Source of the DNA: Elusimicrobiota bacterium
GTDB taxonomy: Bacteria > Elusimicrobiota > Elusimicrobia > Elusimicrobiales > UBA9959
Length of the DNA stretch: 48,980 nucleotides
NCBI GenBank assembly: GCA_027340875.1
Contig: DAIENX010000018.1
Span: 1-48,980, forward strand
Reading direction: 5' to 3'
A program made the translations under genes and the position numbers. Shown piece after piece: positions 16,732 to 25,365 of this stretch. The number at the start of each line of letters is the position of its first letter. Position 1 is the stretch's first letter. The notes beneath the pieces are model-generated. The model was given only the letters and a program-made list of their open reading frames with translations. It was not told the origin of the DNA and searched no databases.

Positions 16732-17274
16732 ATGCGAGGACGGTTATCGTCAAGGTCCATAATGCTGGCCGCGGCGGCGCTGGTTTTCTGCGGGTGCAAG
16801 AAGGATTCTTACCGAGCGGACCGCTTCTACGAGGCCGGAGGGAAGCGGTATGCCTTTACGGTCGCGGTGGAGGACGGGACGCTCTACATATCCGGGATGG
16901 TGGACGGCAAGCGGATAGAAGGCAGCCATGGCGCCGCGGTCCCGGAGGGCAAGCTCGCCCGGCTGGAGGTTGCGGACCTGAACGGCGACGGGGAGCCGGA
17001 GGTCTACGCGTTCTCCCAGGGGGGACATTCCTGGTGGACCGGCCTTTACGCGGAATCCTGCGGCGAGAACGGCTGCGTGCCCATAGGCATGGAGGACGGG
17101 CCTGGCGGGCGGCCGCCTGCGGACTATTGCGGCGAGGACGCCTACAGCCTGGAAAATAACGCCCTTGTAAGGCAGTATACCGTCTGCCCCGGCCTTACTC
17201 GCGGCCCGAAAAAGATTGGCGCCATACGCTACAAGCTGAAGAGAACGTCCTTCGGGCTGGTCCTGAAAAGCTGA
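16732..17274 (+). CDS. Putative lipoprotein (PliI-like lysozyme-inhibitor resemblance)
   Basis: IMLAAAALVFCGC lipobox; LEVADLNGDGEPEVYAF; true start lies inside the longer ORF 16135. Confidence 0.6.
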   Translation: MRGRLSSRSIMLAAAALVFCGCKKDSYRADRFYEAGGKRYAFTVAVEDGTLYISGMVDGKRIEGSHGAAVPEGKLARLEVADLNGDGEPEVYAFSQGGHSWWTGLYAESCGENGCVPIGMEDGPGGRPPADYCGEDAYSLENNALVRQYTVCPGLTRGPKKIGAIRYKLKRTSFGLVLKS

Positions 17275-17301
17275 CGGACAGGCCGGAGGCGCGGGGGCTT
17301 C

Positions 17302-17700
17302 GTGTTGAACCGGATGAAGATACTTATCATAGACGACAATCTGGAGCTGGCCTGGGTGCTTGCCGACTGCCTGAAGAGGGAGGGCTACGAAACGCGGACC
17401 GCCGGCAGCGGGGCCGAAGGCATAAAGGGCGCCCTTTCTTTTCTTCCCGACCTGGTGCTCCTGGACTATAATCTCGGGGACATGAACGGGCATGACGTGG
17501 CCGTGGCGATAAGGAACATGCGTAAGACTTCCAGGATCCCTTTCCTGATCCTGTCCGCCCACGGCGCGGACCCTATGCTGGTGCGCGGGTTCTCAAGGCT
17601 CCCCAACTGCCGCGGCGCGATGTCGAAGCTGCTCTCCACCAGCAAGGTCCTGGCGGCGGTGCATAAGGCGCTCCACGACGGTAAGCCCGCGCAGGGATAG
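17302..17700 (+). CDS. Single-domain response regulator (copy 1)
   Basis: MKILIIDDN...PDLVLLDYNLGDMNG; near-identical to 19336-19734; alternative ATG 17314. Confidence 0.88.
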   Translation: MLNRMKILIIDDNLELAWVLADCLKREGYETRTAGSGAEGIKGALSFLPDLVLLDYNLGDMNGHDVAVAIRNMRKTSRIPFLILSAHGADPMLVRGFSRLPNCRGAMSKLLSTSKVLAAVHKALHDGKPAQG

Positions 17701-17739
17701 GGCCGCGGACCCGCGGTCCGGCAACGTTCCAGCGAACCC

Positions 17740-17785
17740 AAAAAGACCGGGCCCGCGCGGGATCGTCCTCCCGCGCGGGCCCGGT
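17740..17785 (-). terminator. Intrinsic terminator
   Basis: 17-bp stem ACCGGGCCCGCGCGGGA/TCCCGCGCGGGCCCGGT with A-run on the left. Confidence 0.7.
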
Positions 17786-17800
17786 TGCCTGCTATGTGGA

Positions 17801-18517
17801 TTATTTGCAGGCTTCCACGTAGGAGAGCGGGACCAGCCTGACCAGCACGTAGTTCAGGTTCCTGTCCTGGACGCGCATCCTGGCCAGGCCGCTGGGGAAA
17901 AGGGTCTCTATGGTCATGGGCGAGCCCTTCTTGGCGTAGTAGGGCCAGGGCTGGAACAACCCTGAAACGCCGGTCTCCGAGGTCTCCTCGTCGAAAACGC
18001 GGTCCTCGCCGGCGCATACCACCTGGCCTTTCTGGAACCCGCTGACAAGGACCCCGGGTTTCACTTCCAGCTCCACCCGGCCGAGGTCGGAAACGTACCA
18101 GGAGTCGTCCGTGATGTCCCACAGTACCGCCCGCCCGTTCTCGTAGAGGCTGTAGATCTCCACCAGGCGGCCCTTCAGAAGGACGTAGTCCCTTTCGGAG
18201 ACGCCGTCGAGGCTGGAAACCTTGAGAAGGAGCTGCTCGCGGGTGCGGGTATACTTTTTTGAGAACCAGCTGCCGCAGCCGGCGGAGACGGTGAGCGTGC
18301 CGTCCTGGTTCATAGAACATATCTGCACGTTGGTCCCCCTGGGATCGAGGGTGTCGAGGTAGAGCTCTTTTTGCGCGCGCTTAGGGAGGGGGAGGGTTTC
18401 GCCGCCGGGCGCCTCGACGCTCCTGATGTTCTCGAGAGAGACGTCGGAGAATTCCGCGGCCTTCAGGCCGGGGGCGAGGGAAGCGACAAGTATAAGGACG
18501 GTGGTCAATATTTTCAT
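17801..18517 (-). CDS. Hypothetical secreted protein
   Basis: MKILTTVLILVASLAPGLKA signal peptide; own terminator; CATACT 7 nt upstream of ATG. Confidence 0.7.
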   Translation of the reverse strand: MKILTTVLILVASLAPGLKAAEFSDVSLENIRSVEAPGGETLPLPKRAQKELYLDTLDPRGTNVQICSMNQDGTLTVSAGCGSWFSKKYTRTREQLLLKVSSLDGVSERDYVLLKGRLVEIYSLYENGRAVLWDITDDSWYVSDLGRVELEVKPGVLVSGFQKGQVVCAGEDRVFDEETSETGVSGLFQPWPYYAKKGSPMTIETLFPSGLARMRVQDRNLNYVLVRLVPLSYVEACK

Positions 18518-18662
18518 TACATATAGTATGGCAAAGGAGCGCCCTTCTCACCAGGGCCGGGGGGCCCGTTTAAGGACGGTTTTTGGACCTACGCGGATCT
18601 GCCCTTTGGCCCGTGGCTCGAAGAGGAAAGGAGGCTGCCCCTTGTTTTCGGTATTCAGCGCG

Positions 18663-18702
18663 GAGCCGCCGGGGAAGCCCGGCGGTCCTGTTCCGGTAAA
18701 GT
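18663..18702 (+). repeat. Repeat A
   Basis: GAGCCGCCGGGGAAGCCCGGCGGTCCTGTTCCGGTAAAGT. Confidence 0.82.
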
Positions 18703-18735
18703 GGAAAATATACTTACGACCCCTTCCGGGGCGAT

Positions 18736-18766
18736 AAAAAACCGCCGTCCGCGAGGACGGCGGTTT
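18736..18766 (-). terminator. Intrinsic terminator of RRM copy 1
   Basis: AAAAAACCGCCGTCC-gcga-GGACGGCGGTTT; duplicated at 19758-19788. Confidence 0.8.
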
Positions 18767-18786
18767 AAAACCGTTAGAGGGTTTTA

Positions 18787-19125
18787 TTACCAGCGCTTGT
18801 CGTAGCCGCCGCGCCCGCCGCCGCCGCCGCGGTTGCCGCGGTCGCCACGGCCGCCGTTGAAGCCGCCGGAGCGGGGCTCCATCGGGCGCGCCTCGTTGAC
18901 GGTCAGTTTGCGGCCGTCGAAGTCGGTGCCGTCGAGCTTCGAGATGGCCGCGGTGGCCTCCTCGTCGTTCGCCATTTCCACGAAGCCGAAGCCCCGGGAC
19001 TGGCCGCTGTACTTATCGGTGATCAGCTTGGCGCTGGTGACCGCGCCGTGGGTGGTGAACAGGGCGTTCAGCTCCTCCTCGGTGGTCTTGAAGGGCAGTC
19101 CGCCCACGTATATGCGCTTGCTCAT
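18787..19125 (-). CDS. RRM (RNP-1) RNA-binding protein, Gly-rich tail (copy 1)
   Basis: RIYVGGLPF...SGQSRGFGFVEM...DGRKLTVNEARP; RBS AGGAG. Confidence 0.93.
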   Translation of the reverse strand: MSKRIYVGGLPFKTTEEELNALFTTHGAVTSAKLITDKYSGQSRGFGFVEMANDEEATAAISKLDGTDFDGRKLTVNEARPMEPRSGGFNGGRGDRGNRGGGGGRGGYDKRW

Positions 19126-19335
19126 TGTGTTATTCTCCTGTGCAACTATGTTCCCTTCGCTCGATCTCTTCGGGCGAACTCTTCCGGAAAACACCAGGCA
19201 GAATAAGCTGAAAAAAGTGAGGTAAGGTTTGACTACCCCTATAGTATGACATATTTTGAGCGGCAGCGCACGGATATTCTGGTACTCCCGGCCCGGGTGC
19301 CGTGTGCTCATTTGGTAAAATAGTCCTGCCTTAAG

Positions 19336-19734
19336 ATGAAGATCCTTATCGTGGACGACAACCTGGAGCTGGCCTGGGTGCTGGCCGACTGCCTGAAAAG
19401 GGAAGGCTATGAAACCCTGACCGCCGCCACCGGCGCCGAAGGCATTAAGGCGGCCCTGTCCTTCCTGCCCGACCTGGTGCTGCTGGACTACAACCTCGGC
19501 GACATGAACGGGCACGACGTGGCCGTGGCGATAAGGAACATGCGCAAGACCTCCGGTATCCCGTTCCTGATACTGTCGGCCCACGGCGCGGACCCCATGC
19601 TGGTGCGCGGTTTCGCGCGGCTGCCGAACTGCCGCGGCTCGATGTCGAAGCTGCTCTCGACCAGCAAGGTCCTCGCGGCGGTCCGCAAGGCGCTGCACGA
19701 CGGCAAGCCCGCCGCGCCGGCGCACGGTTCCTGA
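19336..19734 (+). CDS. Single-domain response regulator (copy 2)
   Basis: MKILIVDDN...PDLVLLDYNLGDMNG. Confidence 0.9.
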   Translation: MKILIVDDNLELAWVLADCLKREGYETLTAATGAEGIKAALSFLPDLVLLDYNLGDMNGHDVAVAIRNMRKTSGIPFLILSAHGADPMLVRGFARLPNCRGSMSKLLSTSKVLAAVRKALHDGKPAAPAHGS

Positions 19735-19757
19735 CCTCCCGCCGCTTTCCCCGGGCG

Positions 19758-19788
19758 AAAAAAAACCGCCGTCCGCGAGGACGGCGGT
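19758..19788 (-). terminator. Intrinsic terminator of RRM copy 2
   Basis: AAAAAAAACCGCCGTCC-gcga-GGACGGCGGT. Confidence 0.8.
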
Positions 19789-19810
19789 CCAAAACCGTTA
19801 AAGGGTTTTA

Positions 19811-20143
19811 TTACCAGCGCTTGTCGTAGCCGCCGCGCCCGCCGCCGCGGCTGCCGCGGTCGCTGCGGCCGCCGTTGAAGCCGCCGGCCCTGGGCTCCAT
19901 CGGGCGAGCCTCGTTGACGGTCAGCTTGCGGCCGTCGAAGTCGGTGCCGTCGAGCTTGGAGATGGCCGCGGTGGCCTCCTCGTCGTTCGCCATCTCCACG
20001 AAGCCGAAGCCCCTGGACTGGCCGCTGTACTTGTCGGTGATCAGCTTGGCGCTGGTGACCGCGCCGTGGGTGGTGAACAGGGCGTTCAGCTCCTCCTCGG
20101 TGGTCTTGAAGGGCAGTCCGCCCACGTATATACGCTTGCTCAT
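19811..20143 (-). CDS. RRM (RNP-1) RNA-binding protein (copy 2)
   Basis: Identical RRM core to copy 1; differs in the Gly/Arg tail. Confidence 0.93.
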   Translation of the reverse strand: MSKRIYVGGLPFKTTEEELNALFTTHGAVTSAKLITDKYSGQSRGFGFVEMANDEEATAAISKLDGTDFDGRKLTVNEARPMEPRAGGFNGGRSDRGSRGGGRGGYDKRW

Positions 20144-20511
20144 TGTGTTGTTCTCCTAATGACTATCGCAACCTCTTCTCAGGTCTCTTTATCTATCTCT
20201 CTCTTCCGATCGTCAGTTGGGAGAATTAGGCAAAAAAGTGTGAGTTCAGGTCTGACTACTCTTATATTATGGCATTTGGAGTGCCGGCCGCGCATGAGCA
20301 CTTCGGCCCGGAGCTTATGGGCCCTGCCGGGCAATATATAGGAGACAGTTTATATATAAAGAGGAAAAAAAGTCCCGCCGGGGCCAAAGGGCCTATATTT
20401 TTAACGCCATTTTTTCACGTAAAACCGGGACTTTCTGCTCTATGTGTACATCCGGTGTTCCGCTAGAATTATGGTATCGGATCTCAAAAAATTCGGGATA
20501 GGGGTGTGTCA

Positions 20512-22467
20512 ATGAAAAAATCATTCTGCGCGGCGTCGTTGGTCCCTTCTCTTCTGATAGCCTCGAGCATGGTATTTGCTGCCGACGGGTCTATCCTGCG
20601 GTTGTCGGATGTAAGCGGCACCGTCAATAAGCTCATACAGGAGCAGAAAGATTTTAATGGCCAGCAGCCTGGCCACGGCTGGCAGCCTGGTCAGCCTGGC
20701 CAGCCTGGTTGGCACCCCGGCCTACCCGGCCAGCAGCCTGGCGGCGACCACGGCGACGATCATGATGGTCCCGGCGATGATCACGGTGGTCAGCCACATC
20801 CTCAGCCGCAACCGCAGCCTCAGCCCCAGCCTCAGCCGCAACCCCAGCCGCAGCCTCAGCCCCAGCCTCAGCCGCAGCCGGTGCCCGTGGATACTACCCA
20901 GGCATATAATGCCGGCCTGAGGGATGGCGCCGACAGAGGTATCTGGGAAGGGAGGCGTGAAGGCCACAGGGACGGTATCCGCGCCGGAGAGATAGAAGGC
21001 CGCAGGAACGGCACTGACGAAGGCGACAGAGCGGGTCGCTCCGCCGGCAGGCGCGATGGGTGGGGTGTAGACCAGGCCGCGGGAACCCTGAACGGGAGCC
21101 GCGAAGGCCAGAATACCGGCACCAATAACGGCATCCAGGCCGGCCAGAAGCGCTGCTATGACGAGGGTTATACGGATGGTTACAACGCCGCCTATGCGGC
21201 GGCTAAGGAGCTGGGGGAGCAGGACTCCTCTTCTTACAGCGCCGGGTACGCGAAAGGTCAGGCCGAAGCCTCGGCCATAGAGACCGGGAACGGGCAGAAG
21301 GCCGGCTACCAGGCCGGTTTCAGCCAGCGCGAGACCGAGCTGCAGAACTCCTTCACCGGCAACGGCGCGGCCGTGCGCGGCGTCTTCGCGAAGAACGTCC
21401 TGGCGCTGGACGGCAGGATAGAGCTCCCGATAGAGATGGCCCGCGGCGGCTATGCGACCCAGGAAGAGAAGCAGGCCTACGACAGGGGCTATAGAGAGGG
21501 CTATCAGAGGGCTTACAGGCGGGCGTATGAGGAAGGCAAGCGGGACGGATACAGGGAGAGCTACGACGTGACCTACAGGCGGGCCTACGACGAGCAGTAC
21601 TCCATCAGCTACCGGCTCGGTTATGCCGAAGGAAAAGAGCAGGGCTACCAGGAAGCCTATTCAGCGGCCTACAACTCCGCTTACGCCGCTTACTTCCAGG
21701 AATACAGCGGCAGGGAATACGCCGACCAGAGGGTCCAGGGCACGAGCGTAGGCCGGGCCACAGGCAAGAAGGAAGGTTTCGAGGACGGCTGCGCCGAGGC
21801 CACGAAGCGCGGCTACAAGGACGGTTACGAGAAGATGGCCGCCCAGGTGTACCCCGGAGCTTTCGAGGCCGGCAAGCAGGCCGGCATAGCCGCGGCCGAC
21901 AAGTATTACAACGAGAATGCCGTGCTCAAGCTCGGCGGCGTCTCCTTCTACGACGAGAACGGCAACGGCCAGTTCGAGGCCACCGAGAACGTGATGATGA
22001 AGGCCGAGATAAAGAACTTCGGCTTCCAGCCGTCCGACACCGTCTCCATAGTGGTCACTAGCGAGCGCGGCGAGATAGTGATAGCTCCCGACATGCGCGC
22101 CGAGGGCGTGGGCGCCCGCGCGAAGGGCGTGGTCACCCTCAACGTCGGCAAGCTGTACGACGTGGTCGCTCCGGACTCGGACGCCCTTTACGTGAAGTTC
22201 GTTGAGAAGGGGCGGACGGTGGGCGACTACCGCCAGATGTACACCAGGACCAACGCCAACAAGGTCGGCGTGATCGGCAAGGACGAAGTGGACGTGCTGA
22301 AGAAGGCCACCTGGTTCTTCCCCGGCAAGGTGACCACGCTGCACCGCGGCGACAAGGTCCTGATAACCGAGGAGAAGGGCGATTACTACAAGGTCCGCAG
22401 GTCCGCGTTCGCCGCCGGCGACTGGACCGAGGGCTACATCAACAAGGGCAAGCTGGGCCTGCAGTAA
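20512..22467 (+). CDS. Large secreted protein: PQ repeat, GYxxG(Y) helical repeats, Ig-like and SH3b-like C-terminus
   Basis: Signal peptide; (PQ)n; GYREGYQRAYRRAYEEG-type repeats; DENGNG..AEIKNFG; C-terminal TLHRGDKVLITEEKGDYYKV..EGYI. Confidence 0.8.
   Translation: MKKSFCAASLVPSLLIASSMVFAADGSILRLSDVSGTVNKLIQEQKDFNGQQPGHGWQPGQPGQPGWHPGLPGQQPGGDHGDDHDGPGDDHGGQPHPQPQPQPQPQPQPQPQPQPQPQPQPQPVPVDTTQAYNAGLRDGADRGIWEGRREGHRDGIRAGEIEGRRNGTDEGDRAGRSAGRRDGWGVDQAAGTLNGSREGQNTGTNNGIQAGQKRCYDEGYTDGYNAAYAAAKELGEQDSSSYSAGYAKGQAEASAIETGNGQKAGYQAGFSQRETELQNSFTGNGAAVRGVFAKNVLALDGRIELPIEMARGGYATQEEKQAYDRGYREGYQRAYRRAYEEGKRDGYRESYDVTYRRAYDEQYSISYRLGYAEGKEQGYQEAYSAAYNSAYAAYFQEYSGREYADQRVQGTSVGRATGKKEGFEDGCAEATKRGYKDGYEKMAAQVYPGAFEAGKQAGIAAADKYYNENAVLKLGGVSFYDENGNGQFEATENVMMKAEIKNFGFQPSDTVSIVVTSERGEIVIAPDMRAEGVGARAKGVVTLNVGKLYDVVAPDSDALYVKFVEKGRTVGDYRQMYTRTNANKVGVIGKDEVDVLKKATWFFPGKVTTLHRGDKVLITEEKGDYYKVRRSAFAAGDWTEGYINKGKLGLQ
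20800..20880 (+). repeat. Coding tandem repeat (CCNCAR)n encoding poly-PQ
   Basis: cctcagccgcaaccgcagcctcagccccag... Confidence 0.9.
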
Positions 22468-22490
22468 GCGGCTCCAGCGGGCAAAGCGAG

Positions 22491-22542
22491 GCCGCCGGGC
22501 GGAAAGCCCGGCGGTCTTGTTTCAGGGAAGGTTTAGTAGAAT
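22491..22542 (+). repeat. Repeat A variant
   Basis: GCCGCCGGGCGGAAAGCCCGGCGGTCTTGTTT...TAGAAT; ATG 6 nt downstream. Confidence 0.75.
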
Positions 22543-22548
22543 ATCAGC

Positions 22549-23268
22549 ATGGGAATCGTGGAATTCTTAAGCGACAAGGGAAGAGTTTCCGGGGCGGTAA
22601 TGGCCGCGGCGGCCGTGATCGTGCTGTGCTCGGGCGGCGCGTTCTGCGGCGATAGTCCTTACGAGCTGCGCGCCGGCAAGGAGACCGCCAGGACGCTGAG
22701 GGATTTCGACATAGACCGCGTCGTGGAAGCCGTCACTTCCGGGATGATAGAGGCCTCGCGGAATTATTATCTTCCGGAGAAGTCCGCGGACCGCAAGGCC
22801 GTTGCCCGCTACAGGAAGGACGCCAGGTTCATACTTAAGCATGACAGCGACTTCCGCCGCTCGCTGGCGGGGCTGAGCAGGGTGCTGGCCGAGACCGCGG
22901 TGGAAGCGCTGGACCAGGAAAAGAACGCGCTGCCCGGCAAGCCGCTGGCGCTGTCCCCTGCGCAGAGCTACGAGCCGTACGACGAGGGCCTCTCCTCCAT
23001 AACGGTCACGGACGACGGGGAGATGAAGACGATATTCACCAACACTATGCCGTGCATCAACGCCGCTGGTAAAGGACTGTTCGGTGGGGTCCGCCTGCAA
23101 TATCTGGCCGGTTTCCAGGAAGGTTCCCAAGAGGACATGTATTATCGCCGCGAAGCTTCGGCCTCCATGAGCAGCGACCGTTTCTATAACCACGTGCTGG
23201 CCGAGGCCTGCGCGCGCCTTGTCCGCGCGGCGCAGCTGCAGGCCGAAAGCGGCCGCGGCAAGCGCTAG
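22549..23268 (+). CDS. Hypothetical exported protein
   Basis: Hydrophobic N-terminal segment; 239-aa ORF with coding-like GC3 bias. Confidence 0.65.
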   Translation: MGIVEFLSDKGRVSGAVMAAAAVIVLCSGGAFCGDSPYELRAGKETARTLRDFDIDRVVEAVTSGMIEASRNYYLPEKSADRKAVARYRKDARFILKHDSDFRRSLAGLSRVLAETAVEALDQEKNALPGKPLALSPAQSYEPYDEGLSSITVTDDGEMKTIFTNTMPCINAAGKGLFGGVRLQYLAGFQEGSQEDMYYRREASASMSSDRFYNHVLAEACARLVRAAQLQAESGRGKR

Positions 23269-23314
23269 GCGCGGCTGTCCGTTTATAATTCCGGACAGGA
23301 AAGCTCCGGAAGTT

Positions 23315-23824
23315 TCAGCGTTTATCCGCGGAGGCCGGCTTGGCCGGGAGATAGTTCTCTATCCTCCAGACGAGATCGTCCCTGGTGGAGGGACCGAAGC
23401 CGGCCGCCGACCAGAGCAGTCCTCCGTCGGCGACGAACAGGGCCATGGCCGGTTGTCCGACAAGTAGCAGCGCGCGTTCGAGCGTGCCCGAGGGGTCCAG
23501 GGCGACGCTCAGCGTGGTCGGATGACTTTTCAGATACTTCATTACGGCGTCCGGTTTTTCTCCGGTATTCACGGATTGCACCGCGAAAGATCTGTCTCCG
23601 TATCGTTTTTGCAGTTCTTCTATGAAAGGCTTATGTATGCGGCAGGGGACGCAATTGGTCGTCCAGAAGTAGACCAGGACGACTTTTTCCTTCAGCGCCG
23701 AAAGACGGACAGGCGGGCCGCCCGCCGCGTTTATCAACGGAATGTCGCAGCTGGCGGGGATCCCGGAGTAGACGGGGGCTTGCAGCAGGAAGAGGCTCAG
23801 TACATGGAAGAGTATTCTTGTCAT
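23315..23824 (-). CDS. TlpA/ResA-like thiol-disulfide oxidoreductase
   Basis: LKEKVVLVYFWTTNCVPC (CxxC); RBS GGGAG before MTRILFH. Confidence 0.85.
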   Translation of the reverse strand: MTRILFHVLSLFLLQAPVYSGIPASCDIPLINAAGGPPVRLSALKEKVVLVYFWTTNCVPCRIHKPFIEELQKRYGDRSFAVQSVNTGEKPDAVMKYLKSHPTTLSVALDPSGTLERALLLVGQPAMALFVADGGLLWSAAGFGPSTRDDLVWRIENYLPAKPASADKR

Positions 23825-23985
23825 GGCGCGTCTCCCGTAGTCGGCCGCATTCGCGATGTCGCCCTGTGGGTGCGGCACATATATCATACAATATCGGCCT
23901 CGGTCGGGCACGGCTCCGGCCGCTTTGTTTGGTAGAATATTCCAGGTCAGGGTTTTTTCATGATGACTGCACGTAAGAGGATACA

Positions 23986-24372
23986 TTGAAAGCGGCGAGG
24001 ATCCTGCTGGTAGGCGGCGGCGCCGAGTTGGCCGAGCTGTGCGTCGGCACCCTGGAGAGGGAGAACTCCGAGCACGTGCTGATGGTGATAGACCACGAGC
24101 ACAGCGACCGTGTCGTCAGCATAGCCGAAGCTTTCAGGCCGGACGCGGTGCTGCTGCTGGCCAAGGACCACATGAAGCCGATCGACGGGGCGGAGGTGTG
24201 CCGCCAGCTCCGCGCTAACGCCGTTACCGGCGCTTCCAAGATAATACTGTTCTCGTCGGACAGCCTGAAGAAGGGGCTGCGCGCTGCCAAGGCCTGCGGC
24301 GCGGACGCCTTCATAAGGAAGCCGTTCGAGCCGGACCAGCTTATAGAGATGATGGAGCTGCTGCTGTCGTAG
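23986..24372 (+). CDS. Atypical receiver-domain protein
   Basis: PDAVLL..HMKPIDGAEVCRQLR...GADAFIRKPF; N-terminal acidic pair replaced by GGG; TTG start. Confidence 0.7.
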   Translation: MKAARILLVGGGAELAELCVGTLERENSEHVLMVIDHEHSDRVVSIAEAFRPDAVLLLAKDHMKPIDGAEVCRQLRANAVTGASKIILFSSDSLKKGLRAAKACGADAFIRKPFEPDQLIEMMELLLS

Positions 24373-24396
24373 CGCCGGACGGCCGGAGACCCGCAG

Positions 24397-24428
24397 AACC
24401 GTCGGGCGTCGCCCGGCGGTTCTCTTTT
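24397..24428 (+). terminator. Intrinsic terminator (repeat A-like hairpin)
   Basis: AACCGTCGGGCG-tc-GCCCGGCGGTT-CTCTTTT. Confidence 0.6.
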
Positions 24429-24450
24429 GCGGAGCCGCGCAGAAGGCGGG

Positions 24451-24603
24451 TCAGTCCGTTAGGGGGCGCAGCACCGGCGTCTCGCCGGCGCTTATGACCG
24501 GCGAGGGGGCCTTGGGCATGATTACGGCGGCCGCGAGGAAGGCGGCGCCGAGGAAGATAGCTAAAGCGGCGGCGAGATTCTTCATATTGTCGTTCTGCTG
24601 CAT
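24451..24603 (-). CDS. Small single-pass membrane protein (50 aa; not in ORF track)
   Basis: MQQNDNMKNLAAALAIFLGAAFLAAAVIMPKAPSPVISAGETPVLRPLTD; RBS GGAG and TAGAAT upstream on the minus strand. Confidence 0.55.
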   Translation of the reverse strand: MQQNDNMKNLAAALAIFLGAAFLAAAVIMPKAPSPVISAGETPVLRPLTD

Positions 24604-24789
24604 CGTTCTTCTCCGTTCAACTGCGGATCCCTATCGCTTATATTCTAGCCGGCGCGGGGAAAGCCCGTGTAAGCCGCGTGTAATATCCGTGTAAAGTCCG
24701 CCGCACGGGACCGCGTGTCATGGCGGGCGGATTTTGATATCATAGGTTCGCTGGAGAAAGGGGGCAGGAAAGACTTTTCAGGAGGGTAT

Positions 24790-25293
24790 ATGAAGAAACC
24801 GCTCATAGTCATCGCAGTCATAGCCGCGGCCGCCGCGCTGGGGGGGATAGCCGTGCTGAAAGGCGGCTATATGGAGTTCGGCGCGGACAGGGCGCCGTCC
24901 GCGCTGGAGACCAACCTGGCCATGGCCGCGCTGGACGCCTCGCTGGACCGCCATTCGGAAGGTCTCAAGAACCCGCTGCAGGCCGACGAGAAGACCCTGA
25001 AGGCCGGCGCGGAAGTTTACCTCAATCACTGCGCCGGCTGCCACGGCCTGCCGTACAATCCGAACTCGGAGTTCGGCCGGTCCTTCAACCCGCCGGTGCC
25101 GCAGTTCTTCACCGAGGCGCCGGACATGTCCGACGCGCAGAACTTCTACGTGACGCTGCACGGCATACGCTGGACCGGCATGCCGGCCTGGGGCAAAACG
25201 CTTAGCGAGACGGAGATCTGGCAGGTGGTGACCTTCCTCGCCAACACCGGGAAGCTGCCGCCGGCGGCGGCCAAGGTGCTGGCCAAGCCCTGA
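24790..25293 (+). CDS. c-type cytochrome (monoheme, membrane-anchored)
   Basis: YLNHCAGCHG heme motif; GIRWTGMPAWG axial Met. Confidence 0.9.
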   Translation: MKKPLIVIAVIAAAAALGGIAVLKGGYMEFGADRAPSALETNLAMAALDASLDRHSEGLKNPLQADEKTLKAGAEVYLNHCAGCHGLPYNPNSEFGRSFNPPVPQFFTEAPDMSDAQNFYVTLHGIRWTGMPAWGKTLSETEIWQVVTFLANTGKLPPAAAKVLAKP

Positions 25294-25319
25294 GCGCGGC
25301 GTGACCGTTCGGACCGCGT

Positions 25320-25358
25320 AGCCGCCGGGCAAGCCCCGGCGGCTTTGTTTTGTAGAAT
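25320..25358 (+). repeat. Repeat A
   Basis: AGCCGCCGGGCAAGCCCCGGCGGCTTTGTTTTGTAGAAT; ATG 7 nt downstream. Confidence 0.85.
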
Positions 25359-25365
25359 CTATGCG

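Noticed and set aside
18787..19725. 312-aa ORF as a fusion protein
   Set aside because: Only 18787-19125 (RRM, own RBS, matches copy 2) is real; the extension is antisense to the response regulator
1590..25358. Repeat A array as a CRISPR array
   Set aside because: Intervals are hundreds to thousands of bp and contain whole genes; repeats vary in length; no cas genes
1590..25358. Repeat A as classical integron attC sites
   Set aside because: No RYYYAAC...GTTRRRY core pair, shorter than typical attC, and no intI in the window; an IntegronFinder run would settle it
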